Shown here: positions 1-8,600 of the stretch, in pieces | Numbering within the stretch: position 1 is the stretch's first letter | Layout: every line of letters begins with the position of its first letter | DNA from: Bifidobacterium breve | GTDB taxonomy: Bacteria; Actinomycetota; Acidimicrobiia; Acidimicrobiales; Ilumatobacteraceae | Direction of reading: 5' to 3' | Length of the DNA: 58,047 bases | NCBI GenBank assembly: GCA_945889715.1 | Contig: CAMDCI010000001.1 | Span: 1-58,047 of the forward strand | Notes under the pieces: model-generated | What the model saw: only the letters and a program-made list of their open reading frames with translations | The model's database searches: none | Told to the model about the DNA's origin: nothing | Made by a program: the position numbers and the translations under genes

Positions 1-654
1 ATGCAAGCAATCGGTTTTGGAGTTGCTGATGTCGCAGCGATGATTCAACGTATGGTCGCGGCCGGATCAACATTGGTGTCCCAATCATCGCCGCCATGGA
101 TTCAAAATTGGGCCACTTTGACCGATCCATTTGGCACCCAAGTTGACCTGATGCAAGATGAAAATATTCCGATTGGTGAATCGCGTTTGCGTCATCTGCG
201 CATCACGGTGACCGACATCGACGCGTCGTTGTCGTGGTATCACGGGATGGGATTTTTAGACGTTGCCGAACACGTGCTTGATGATGGCGACTTTGTGGGG
301 TTGAAGGCTGCAGATGGTTCGGCGGCTGTCGGTCGAGTGCTGAGAATGACGTTGCCTGATGAAGCAGCAGAATTGGTATTGACGCAGTGGACTAATCCGG
401 CTTCACACGGTCAACACCCCGCTGACGCGAACCATGCTGGTTTGTTTAGAACTGCAGTTGGGGTTGATGACACTGTCGCGTCATACGAACGTTTCTTAGA
501 CGACGGTTGGAAGTTTGAACGCGAGCCACGACAAGTAGAACTAGAAGGAACAGCGGTCCCCGACATGTGGATCTGTTTCTTGAATGACCCAGACGGAGTG
601 CCGTTTGAATTCGTGCAACGACCCCGTTCGGCTTTTCGCCCTGAAAGGGTCTAG
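1..654 (+). CDS. VOC family protein (glyoxalase/bleomycin-resistance/dioxygenase fold), two tandem VOC modules; may be 5'-truncated by the window edge
   Basis: 217-aa ORF starting at base 1. It has repeated beta-alpha-beta-beta-beta-like modules (GFGVADV...; LRHLRITVTDIDASLSWYHGMGF) and a C-terminal DPDGVPFEFV motif typical of VOC proteins. Confidence 0.6.
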   Translation: MQAIGFGVADVAAMIQRMVAAGSTLVSQSSPPWIQNWATLTDPFGTQVDLMQDENIPIGESRLRHLRITVTDIDASLSWYHGMGFLDVAEHVLDDGDFVGLKAADGSAAVGRVLRMTLPDEAAELVLTQWTNPASHGQHPADANHAGLFRTAVGVDDTVASYERFLDDGWKFEREPRQVELEGTAVPDMWICFLNDPDGVPFEFVQRPRSAFRPERV

Positions 655-667
655 AGACAAGAACTGG

Positions 668-1132
668 TCAGTGGGGGAATAGGGAGTTTGTTGCCCAACC
701 ATCGACGGTGACTTTGCGTGACGCGAACTTCCAGTCTCCGTTGAGCGATACGTACGAGTCGACATAACGACCCCAATGATCGAGTCCAATATCGGTGACG
801 ACGAAGAAGTACAGGCGGCCATTGGCGTGTGTTTCATCGATCAGGTCAATTTGATGAGTGGTTGTTGAGTGCCGTACATGGGTGAGCGCGCTGGCGGCCC
901 CCGTTGCCTCTTTGGTGCCGGTAAAGATTGTCATGACTTCCTCGAGACCTCGGTAGACCCGCCCGTCGCCGATGTCCATGGTGGCGTCGGGGCTGAAGAG
1001 TTCGCGGACCTGGGCGAACCGACCAGTGTCGCCATTGGCGTTGTACCGGGCGACAAGGTCGCGAATTGATTCTCGGGCAATGACCTGCCACATCTCCATA
1101 AGACTCCCTTCAACGTGTCCAGTCGACCTCAA
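668..1132 (-). CDS. NTF2-like / SnoaL-family protein
   Basis: 154-aa ORF. The N-terminal segment IRDLVARYNANGDTGRFAQVRELFSPDATM resembles SnoaL_4/NTF2-like domains. The true start may be the internal MEMWQ Met near 1099. Confidence 0.5.
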   Translation of the reverse strand: MRSTGHVEGSLMEMWQVIARESIRDLVARYNANGDTGRFAQVRELFSPDATMDIGDGRVYRGLEEVMTIFTGTKEATGAASALTHVRHSTTTHQIDLIDETHANGRLYFFVVTDIGLDHWGRYVDSYVSLNGDWKFASRKVTVDGWATNSLFPH

Positions 1133-1220
1133 ACTAAGTCCCTATCTTTGGTACCCAATGACTAGGACCTTGGTCACCGTACACGGGCAAGATCTATCTT
1201 TGGGCGCTTTCATGCCGTAC

Positions 1221-1241
1221 AATCTGACGGAGCGTCAGATT
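1221..1241. promoter_or_regulatory. Perfect 9-3-9 palindrome (AATCTGACG-gag-CGTCAGATT), candidate operator overlapping a TACAAT -10-like hexamer
   Basis: Read directly from the sequence. TACAAT lies at 1218-1223 and the palindrome ends 30 nt upstream of the amidohydrolase ATG (1272). No regulator gene is evident nearby. Confidence 0.35.
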
Positions 1242-1271
1242 TGCTGTTGACGCCTGACCTAAGGGGACACG

Positions 1272-2480
1272 ATGACGCTTCTTGAATCTCGGCCAGTACT
1301 TGATGACGTGACATACGGACTATCTGACGCCGATCAGCACTACTACGAAGCCGAAGACGCCGTGACCCGTCATTTGCCCAAAGCGCATAAGACCGCAGTT
1401 CGTTGGGTCGAAGTTGATGGTCGTAGAACATTGCTGGTCAACGACCGTTTGTTGACCCTCATTCCGAACCCCACCTACGACCCTGTAGGCGTTCCAGGAT
1501 CGCTCGAAGTGTATTTCCGTGCCCAGAACCATGACGGCAAAGAAATCCGCGACATTATTGAGATGGGCCCGATTCCGCCGGCTGCTCGTTCGCGTGAGGC
1601 GCGTGTTGCCAAGCTCATCGAACAGGGCGTCGATCTTGCTTGGGTGTTGCCAAGCCTCGGACTTGGTCTTGAAGAAATGCTCGCCAAAGATGTCGAAGCC
1701 TTGTACGCAGTTTTCCATAGCTACAACGAGTGGCTCGACGAAGACTGGGGCTACAACCGCGATAGCCGAATTTTGACTGGTCCATTGATGTCATTGATCG
1801 ACCCCGTGCGCGCTGAAGCAGAACTTGAATTGGCGATCTCGAAGGGTGCACGTTTTGTGACCTTCCGACCGGCACCAGTGCAGGCCCCTGATCGTTTCCG
1901 TTCGCTTGCTGATCCGATGTACGACCGCTTCTGGAATATTGCTGCCGATGCCGGAGTAGCAATTGCGTTCCACGGTGCCGATTCTGGTTATGGCATTTAC
2001 CTCGAACGCTGGGGCGAAAGCCTGAAGTACACCGGAATGAAAATGTCAACGTTGACCGAAGTAATGGGCGTGCATATTGAGCGTCCCGTATTCGACTTGG
2101 TTGCGTCGTTGATTTGTCACGGCCTTTTTGATCGCGTTCCTAAACTGCAGATCGCCACGGTTGAACTTGGTGCTGGTTGGGTTCCCGATCTGTTGAAGCG
2201 CCTCAAGCGCTCGTACGGTAAGACACCGCAGTTGTACAAGCGTGATCCATTAGAAACCTTCTGTTCGAATGTTTCTGTTGCTCCATTTTACGAAGACGAC
2301 ATCACGATCTTGCGGGACCTCATTGGTGCTGATCGAATTCTGTTGGGTAGCGATTGGCCGCACCCCGAAGGACTTGCTGCGCCACGCGATTGGGTCGGTG
2401 ACTTTGCAGGTCTCACCGCTGACGAACGTCGTCTGGCATTGCGCGACAACCTCCGCAAGATCTCAGGTTTGCCCCTCTAA
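1272..2480 (+). CDS. Amidohydrolase-family metal-dependent hydrolase (amidohydrolase_2 / ACMSD-like)
   Basis: 402-aa ORF with the C-terminal motif ILLGSDWPHPEG and TIM-barrel amidohydrolase-like spacing. An AGGGGA Shine-Dalgarno-like sequence lies just upstream. Confidence 0.7.
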   Translation: MTLLESRPVLDDVTYGLSDADQHYYEAEDAVTRHLPKAHKTAVRWVEVDGRRTLLVNDRLLTLIPNPTYDPVGVPGSLEVYFRAQNHDGKEIRDIIEMGPIPPAARSREARVAKLIEQGVDLAWVLPSLGLGLEEMLAKDVEALYAVFHSYNEWLDEDWGYNRDSRILTGPLMSLIDPVRAEAELELAISKGARFVTFRPAPVQAPDRFRSLADPMYDRFWNIAADAGVAIAFHGADSGYGIYLERWGESLKYTGMKMSTLTEVMGVHIERPVFDLVASLICHGLFDRVPKLQIATVELGAGWVPDLLKRLKRSYGKTPQLYKRDPLETFCSNVSVAPFYEDDITILRDLIGADRILLGSDWPHPEGLAAPRDWVGDFAGLTADERRLALRDNLRKISGLPL

Positions 2481-2488
2481 TCCTGTGT

Positions 2489-2535
2489 TTCTGGTGTCGT
2501 TTTAGTTGGCTATACCAAATAAAACGACACCAGAA
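2489..2535. terminator. Perfect 16-bp-stem hairpin between convergent genes (candidate bidirectional terminator)
   Basis: TTCTGGTGTCGTTTTA-(15-nt loop)-TAAAACGACACCAGAA. It lies 9 nt after the plus-strand stop and abuts the minus-strand stop. The T/A runs are inside the stem rather than trailing it. Confidence 0.5.
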
Positions 2536-3408
2536 TCACGAGTGGATGGGACTGAAAGTTGCGGCGCAGGTGCTGACGACTCGGTGATTGTCGCCGACAT
2601 CAATCAAGTTCATTCGTGTGCCGATTCGCCCATCGGATCCAGAGAATGCTTCGCCTTGTGTAACAAAAGGTCCAACTTTCCCGCGGTTCACGAACATGAC
2701 GTACCAATCAATGATCTGCAATGACGAGGAACTCAAAGCTTGCGCGAGCTCTGTAGATGCAGTCTCAAGCACGATGTGTTGAGGGCCAATGTGTAACGCG
2801 GCATCAGGAGACGCCATCTCATCGGTGAGTAGCGGAAGTTGCCAGACCCCATGCGAGATCCGCTCTGCGCCGAATACTCGGTGTAATGGCGGCAGGTCTG
2901 GTGAATCAACAACGTCGAGTGGCGGGTTATCAATTTTCTGATAACCCTCCGGCACGTCTCCGAGTGAAAGTCCGACTCCAGTAGAAATTGCGATCACTCT
3001 TTCGGGATTGTCGGCATCAACGATGAGAGCGCGACTAAATCCGAGCCGTCGACCAGTGTGTACGTTGTCGGGCAGAATCATCAATCTTTTGACGTCACGG
3101 GCGGGGTCAAGAATCTGCATTGATGCAATCAACGGATTCGGAACCACGACGTTGTCATTGAATCCACCGCACTCAGGGGAGGCGACGCACAGAGGGGCGG
3201 CCATGATCCCGCCAGATGCATTACGCATATCGTGGCGCAACTTCATGAAGTGTCCTTCGGCGACATTGTTGTCTAGCGAGCCCCATTCACGGCCGAGGTA
3301 GCGATATGTCAGCAATGACGTCCATTTGTCTTCGAACACCTTCCAATAGTTATCGGGTGCAGTAGCGCGGACATCGCTCGGTTTGTTCGCCGCTGGCTCA
3401 CTCGTCAT
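2536..3408 (-). CDS. Hypothetical protein, probable tandem hotdog-fold (thioesterase-like)
   Basis: 290-aa ORF with clean coding potential. Two halves each carry PaaI/4HBT-like segments (NASGGIMAAPLCVASP; ASPDAALHIGPQHIVLETAS). The assignment is by eye only. Confidence 0.4.
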   Translation of the reverse strand: MTSEPAANKPSDVRATAPDNYWKVFEDKWTSLLTYRYLGREWGSLDNNVAEGHFMKLRHDMRNASGGIMAAPLCVASPECGGFNDNVVVPNPLIASMQILDPARDVKRLMILPDNVHTGRRLGFSRALIVDADNPERVIAISTGVGLSLGDVPEGYQKIDNPPLDVVDSPDLPPLHRVFGAERISHGVWQLPLLTDEMASPDAALHIGPQHIVLETASTELAQALSSSSLQIIDWYVMFVNRGKVGPFVTQGEAFSGSDGRIGTRMNLIDVGDNHRVVSTCAATFSPIHS

Positions 3409-3439
3409 ACCTAAGAGTTAGCAGATAAGAGGGCGCCAT

Positions 3440-4102
3440 GTGGCAATCTTGGTCATGGATGAGAAGCAATTGACACGACTAGCCGGGTTACTAGTTCCAG
3501 ACACGACTGCAGTTCTCACGATGGAACTGCAAAATGGCGTCGTGGGCACAGGGGCTCTCATGGCGGCATTGGTTGAAGAGGTCGAAAGAGTTGGCGTTCG
3601 CCCGACTGCGGGACGACTCTGTTCGGCTGCTCGAGACCGCGGAATTCAAGTCGTTCATTGTGTGGCCGAAAATCGCGCCGACGGACGTGGTGCGACCGAC
3701 AACTGCAAAGTCTTCGCCATGAACAATCGGCTGCGTCGTGAGACCGGTTCAACACCGATCGACCGAGGTACGGATGGAGCCAAGCTCGTCGCAGAATTAG
3801 GCCCTGATGATCGTGACATCGTTGTGGCCCGTATCCACGGACTCACTCCATTTACGCAGACGTCACTTGATCAGATTTTGCGAAACATGTCGATTCGTAC
3901 ACTTGTGGTAACGGGGGTTTCGGTGAATTTGGGAATTTTTGGAACTGTGATGAGTGCTGTTGACTTGGGTTACAACGTCGTTATTGTTCGCGATGGTGTG
4001 TGTGGGGTTCCTCGCGAATACGCCGAAGCAGTTTTAGAAAACTCGCTATCTCTACTCGCGACTATTGCTACGGCCGATGATGTCATCGCGGCATGGATTT
4101 GA
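3440..4102 (+). CDS. Isochorismatase-family cysteine hydrolase
   Basis: 220-aa ORF. The segment LVVTGVSVNLGIFGTVMSAVDLGYNVVIVRDGVCG is the typical isochorismatase/CSHase C-terminal region with the catalytic Cys-type position. GTG start; an alternative ATG lies at 3455. Confidence 0.75.
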   Translation: MAILVMDEKQLTRLAGLLVPDTTAVLTMELQNGVVGTGALMAALVEEVERVGVRPTAGRLCSAARDRGIQVVHCVAENRADGRGATDNCKVFAMNNRLRRETGSTPIDRGTDGAKLVAELGPDDRDIVVARIHGLTPFTQTSLDQILRNMSIRTLVVTGVSVNLGIFGTVMSAVDLGYNVVIVRDGVCGVPREYAEAVLENSLSLLATIATADDVIAAWI

Positions 4103-4113
4103 TTTAAAAATAT

Positions 4114-4968
4114 CTATAACAACTGATCGCGCATTTTGGCGTAACGATCAATAAATGCCGGAACTCCCGATGGGTCTTCCCATCCCTCGCGACCCGAACC
4201 AACGATGACGCGTTCAATGCCAAGATCGCGATACATCAACAACGTGTCAAGAGTTGGATCACCAAATGCAACCATCGAAATAGGGATGTCATCACGTCCC
4301 GCATCGGCAGATAGTTGACGGAATTTATTCACTCGTTTGGTGACATCGCCCAGGGTGACATCGAGTGGCATCCAGCCATCGGCCCACGCAATGGTGTGTT
4401 GTGAACCGAGTTTTCCACCAGCGCCAAACCAAATAGGCGGGTGAGGATTCTGCATTGGTTTTGGACGTGACCATACTTTGTCAAAATTGAAGTACTCGCC
4501 GTGAAATTCGGACTCATCGTCAACCCAAAGTGATCGCAGCGCACCGACGCATTCGGCAAGCGCGCGATAACGCATTGACCACTTCACCGAACTGTGGTTG
4601 GCAAGTTCTTCTTGGTTCCAGCCGACGCCGACGCCAAATTGCAAACGACCGTTGCTGAGCACATCCAGAGTGGCGGCAGTCTTGGCAAGCGCCAAAACGT
4701 CGTGTTCAAGAGGAAGGGCAACGCCAAGACCGAGGAGCAGATGTGTGGTGTGTTCGCCAATTTGAGTGAGGCTGATGAAGGGGTCCATCATCGTCGTGTA
4801 TTGCCAGGGCATGTCTCCGCCGGTGGGATAGGGCGTTGCTCGCGAGACTGGGATGTGGCTGTGCTCACCAATCCAAATGGATTCAAAACCGTTCTCTTCA
4901 AGGAGTGGTCCAAGAATGCGAGGGGCGATGTCGGCTGGGGTATTCATTGTCGTGTAGCCGAGTTTCAT
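4114..4968 (-). CDS. Luciferase-like monooxygenase (LLM) class, probably F420-dependent oxidoreductase
   Basis: 284-aa ORF. MKLGYT...FESIWIGEH...LDVLSNGRLQFGVGVGW is the LLM signature. Confidence 0.75.
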   Translation of the reverse strand: MKLGYTTMNTPADIAPRILGPLLEENGFESIWIGEHSHIPVSRATPYPTGGDMPWQYTTMMDPFISLTQIGEHTTHLLLGLGVALPLEHDVLALAKTAATLDVLSNGRLQFGVGVGWNQEELANHSSVKWSMRYRALAECVGALRSLWVDDESEFHGEYFNFDKVWSRPKPMQNPHPPIWFGAGGKLGSQHTIAWADGWMPLDVTLGDVTKRVNKFRQLSADAGRDDIPISMVAFGDPTLDTLLMYRDLGIERVIVGSGREGWEDPSGVPAFIDRYAKMRDQLL

Positions 4969-5026
4969 GTCCTAACACTTCCTGAGTGAATCCTCATGAC
5001 CATCCCTGAAACGGTACTCTCAAGAG

Positions 5027-5920
5027 GTGCGTTTTCTTTACCAATACCCCGATGCCACTGGGCGAGATGGCGACATGATGGCGGCCGGGCGAGTCACCGA
5101 GGTGGCCAAAGCGGTCGAAGCGCACGGTTTGCACGGATTGGCCTTCACCGAGCATCCAGCACCTGGTTCGCGTTGGTTAGACGCTGGGGGACACCAAACC
5201 CTCGATCCATTCGTGGCTCTTGGGCATGCCGCAGCAGTAACCGAACGCATTCGACTGGTCACCTACTTGACTGTTATGGCCTACCGCAATCCGTTTTTGC
5301 TGGGAAAGTCCGCGGCGACTGTTGATTTGCTGTCGAACGGTCGTTTCACGCTCGGAGTCGGCGCCGGTTATCAAAAGGGTGAGTTCAAAGCTCTCGGCGT
5401 TGATTTTGAACGCCGCAATGACCTCTTTGATGAGTCGCTCGAGGTTTTGCCGAAGTATTGGTCTGGTGAGCCGGTGTCGTTCATCGGAGACGGATACGAG
5501 GCGCGTGAGATCATTTGTCGACCGGCGCCCCTTCAGCAGCCAATTCCGATTTGGATCGGCGGAAATTCGCAGTTAACAAAGCGCCGTGTCGCTGCATCGG
5601 CGCAGGGTTGGATGCCGATGTTGAGTGCGGAAATAGTTTCGAACACGACTCGCACACCGAATATCGGCGATATCAAGAAGCTTGGTGAACAAATTTCTGA
5701 AGTGAAGCAATTGGCTGGCGTTCGCGCTGCGTCTCTTGAATTTTTGACCACGTATCCCGATCACACCATTGGATCAAAGACCGACAATATTGAATTCCAC
5801 CGCGAGCAAATTGAATTGCTTCGACTCGCGGGAATCACTTGGCTTGGTATCCCCGGTTCTTCGACAACAGAGACTCAAACGCTCGAAGTGATTGAGTGTG
5901 TCGGCAAGAATTACGGCTGA
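5027..5920 (+). CDS. LLM class F420-dependent-type oxidoreductase
   Basis: 297-aa ORF. It carries GLAFTEHP and VDLLSNGRFTLGVGAGYQKGEF LLM motifs. Confidence 0.75.
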   Translation: MRFLYQYPDATGRDGDMMAAGRVTEVAKAVEAHGLHGLAFTEHPAPGSRWLDAGGHQTLDPFVALGHAAAVTERIRLVTYLTVMAYRNPFLLGKSAATVDLLSNGRFTLGVGAGYQKGEFKALGVDFERRNDLFDESLEVLPKYWSGEPVSFIGDGYEAREIICRPAPLQQPIPIWIGGNSQLTKRRVAASAQGWMPMLSAEIVSNTTRTPNIGDIKKLGEQISEVKQLAGVRAASLEFLTTYPDHTIGSKTDNIEFHREQIELLRLAGITWLGIPGSSTTETQTLEVIECVGKNYG

Positions 5921-5953
5921 TTGTTGTTGCGGCTCATGTCGTAAGGTGAAGCT

Positions 5954-6952
5954 ATGAGTTCGTCAACTTTCCCCGCTTTTGTTTTCACCAACGATCCCGA
6001 CAACAGTCACCGATCGGTTGAACAGGTTTCACTCGATCAGATTGCGCCCGACGGTGTGTTGATTGAAGTCGAATGGTCGAGTGTCAATTTCAAGGACGGA
6101 CTTGCATCGACGACGAGTGGCAAGATCTCGCGGTTGAAGCCGATGATTCCGGGGATTGATATTGCGGGAACGGTCGTTGATGCCGCAGGTAGCGATTTCG
6201 TCGCTGGTCAAAAAGTGATTGCCCATGGCTACGACATCGGAGTCGCGCGTCACGGTGGCTATGCCCAGTTCGTACGTGTTCCAGCCGAATGGATCATGAA
6301 GCTTCCCGATGGCCTCACTACTCGCGAAGCGATGGTGGTAGGTACGGGCGGGTTCACATCGGCTTTGTCGATTGTTGCTCTTGAAAAATGGGGACTTACG
6401 TCTTCTGCTGGACCCGTTTTGGTCACGGGAGCGACCGGCGGTGTCGGAAGTATGGCAGTTTCGATGTTGTCTGGTCGGGGATACGAAGTTGTTGCAAGTA
6501 GTGGCAAGGCGTCAGCGAATGAATTTTTGCTTGGCCTTGGTGCTTCGCGAGTGATTGACCGTGCTGAACTTTCGGTCGATGACCCGAGACCTTTGCAGAC
6601 CACCACTTACGCGGCCGCGGTTGATTGTGTCGGAGGAAATACCCTTGCGAATGTTCTCAAGCGTTTGAATTACGGTTCGGCCGTGGCCGCGAGTGGATTG
6701 ACCGGCGGAACAACAATTCCCACCACAGTGATGCCGTTTATTCTTCGTGGAGTCGCTTTGCTAGGAATTGACTCGGTTCAGACCCCCATGGATGTTCGTC
6801 GAAGCGTGTGGGGCCGAATTGCCTCCGATTTGAAGCCAGCGGGCCTTGAAAGTATCGGTCATTCCATCGGATTGAACGACCTTGATCGTGTTTTGACGGC
6901 AATCCTTGCGGGAGAAGTTTCGGGCCGCTATGTCGTTTCGCCAACTATGTGA
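5954..6952 (+). CDS. MDR-family NADPH:quinone/acrylyl-CoA reductase (YhdH/AcuI-like)
   Basis: 332-aa ORF. VEWSSVNFKDGLA and VLVTGATGGVGSMAV (Rossmann motif) are typical of the YhdH/YhfP subgroup of zinc-free MDR proteins. Confidence 0.75.
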   Translation: MSSSTFPAFVFTNDPDNSHRSVEQVSLDQIAPDGVLIEVEWSSVNFKDGLASTTSGKISRLKPMIPGIDIAGTVVDAAGSDFVAGQKVIAHGYDIGVARHGGYAQFVRVPAEWIMKLPDGLTTREAMVVGTGGFTSALSIVALEKWGLTSSAGPVLVTGATGGVGSMAVSMLSGRGYEVVASSGKASANEFLLGLGASRVIDRAELSVDDPRPLQTTTYAAAVDCVGGNTLANVLKRLNYGSAVAASGLTGGTTIPTTVMPFILRGVALLGIDSVQTPMDVRRSVWGRIASDLKPAGLESIGHSIGLNDLDRVLTAILAGEVSGRYVVSPTM

Positions 6953-7000
6953 CGTGGCTTACCTAATTCGATCTATTTGTGACTAATCTCCAAGTAACGC

Positions 7001-8005
7001 ATGTCTACAGTCTCGCAATCTCCTTCGTCGTCAATCGTCGTCCAGGGTTCTCACCTAATGGCTGGTTTGCTTGGGCATCGTGACAGTCATTTGCGGCTCA
7101 TCGAATTAGCTTTTTCTGATAGCGAAATTATTGTTCGCGGTAACGAGATATCGATTCTGGGCGAATCCTCCGGGATGTTGTCCCGACTTTTTGAAGAATT
7201 GGTTCTGTTGTTGCGTCGAGGCGAAATCGTTGACGATGCGGTCGTCAAACGTTGCATTTCGATGGTTCGTGCTGATGAAAAGCCAAGTTCGGTATTGACC
7301 GATGAAATTCTTCGTGGCGCTAAAGGTCGCACGATCCGCCCAAAAACCGCCGGACAAAAGCGCTACATCGACGCCATCAGAAATAACGTCATCACCTTTG
7401 GGGTCGGACCTGCTGGTACGGGCAAGAGTTGGCTGGCGGTTGCGATGGCTGTTCATGCTTTGCAAACCAAATCTGTGCAGCGCATTATCTTGACTCGCCC
7501 CGCTGTCGAAGCCGGCGAGCGTTTGGGTTTCTTGCCAGGTGATCTCATGGCCAAGATTGATCCATATCTTCGACCCTTGTATGACGCGATGTACGACATG
7601 ATTGACACTGAGGGTGTGCAGAAGTTACATGAACGTCAAGCTCTCGAGGTTGCACCGCTGGCCTTTATGAGGGGTCGAACCCTGAATAACAGTTTCATTA
7701 TTTTGGATGAAGCCCAGAACACCACGCCTGAGCAGATGAAGATGTTCTTGACCCGTATTGGTTTTGGATCAAAAGTCGTGGTCACTGGTGATGCCACTCA
7801 AGTTGATGTTCCCGACGGTCGGAGCGGTCTCAAAGGGCTGCAACGCTTGCTCGGAGATATCGAAGGGCTCGAATTCGTTCATTTAGACACATCTGACGTC
7901 GTTCGGCACCGTATTGTTGGAGACATAGTTGCCGCCTATGAAAAAGACACTCAAGCCAAAGACGCTGTACGACAGAAATCTCAGGTGAAGAATTCCCATG
8001 ATTGA
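7001..8005 (+). CDS. phoH: PhoH-family ATPase (PhoH-like/YbeZ)
   Basis: 334-aa ORF with Walker A GPAGTGKSWLAVAMAV, ILTRPAVEAGE, and LGFLPGDL. It has the conserved position upstream of ybeY. Confidence 0.9.
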   Translation: MSTVSQSPSSSIVVQGSHLMAGLLGHRDSHLRLIELAFSDSEIIVRGNEISILGESSGMLSRLFEELVLLLRRGEIVDDAVVKRCISMVRADEKPSSVLTDEILRGAKGRTIRPKTAGQKRYIDAIRNNVITFGVGPAGTGKSWLAVAMAVHALQTKSVQRIILTRPAVEAGERLGFLPGDLMAKIDPYLRPLYDAMYDMIDTEGVQKLHERQALEVAPLAFMRGRTLNNSFIILDEAQNTTPEQMKMFLTRIGFGSKVVVTGDATQVDVPDGRSGLKGLQRLLGDIEGLEFVHLDTSDVVRHRIVGDIVAAYEKDTQAKDAVRQKSQVKNSHD

Positions 8006-8600
8006 GGGTCCTCCTAGATTTCGTAAAAAGGTGAAGGTCGGTGGTGACACTGAAGCCGAAGTGTTCTGTGCTGATGAACAAATTGAAGTTGAAGTAGATC
8101 TTGTTCGATGGCAAAAACTTGCAATTGCCGTTCTCTCCGACCAGGGAGTACGAGGCGGAACTGAATTGAGTCTGTTTTTTGTTTCAAAACATGACATGAC
8201 AGAACTGAACACCGAACACATGGGCCAACCAGGACCGACGGATGTCTTGGCATTCCCCATTGATGGCGGCGAAGTACTTGAAATGATTAATGGTCCGACC
8301 GGTGCAACTCGGGGTCCCGATCGTCCTCCTCCCGATCGGGGAGATTTGCCTTTGTTATTGGGCGACATTGTGATTTGTCCGGAAGTGGCGGTTGGTCAGG
8401 CTGCGACTCATGCTGGAAGTGCCGACGATGAATTTGCTTTGTTAGTTGTGCACGGAATTCTGCATATTTTGGGATGGGATCACGACACCCCCGAAAAGAC
8501 CCTTGACATGCAGTCGCGTGAACGCCAATTGCTGCAGGCGCACCATTGGCATGGTGACGTGCCACTGAATTTCAAACAGAGTCAAGACGAGGACGAATGA
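7998..8600 (+). CDS. ybeY: rRNA maturation endoribonuclease YbeY
   Basis: It carries the PTDVLAFP motif and the zinc motif HGILHILGWDH. The ATG overlaps the phoH end by 8 nt. A later in-frame GTG at 8061 is an alternative start. Confidence 0.85.
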   Translation: MIEGPPRFRKKVKVGGDTEAEVFCADEQIEVEVDLVRWQKLAIAVLSDQGVRGGTELSLFFVSKHDMTELNTEHMGQPGPTDVLAFPIDGGEVLEMINGPTGATRGPDRPPPDRGDLPLLLGDIVICPEVAVGQAATHAGSADDEFALLVVHGILHILGWDHDTPEKTLDMQSRERQLLQAHHWHGDVPLNFKQSQDEDE

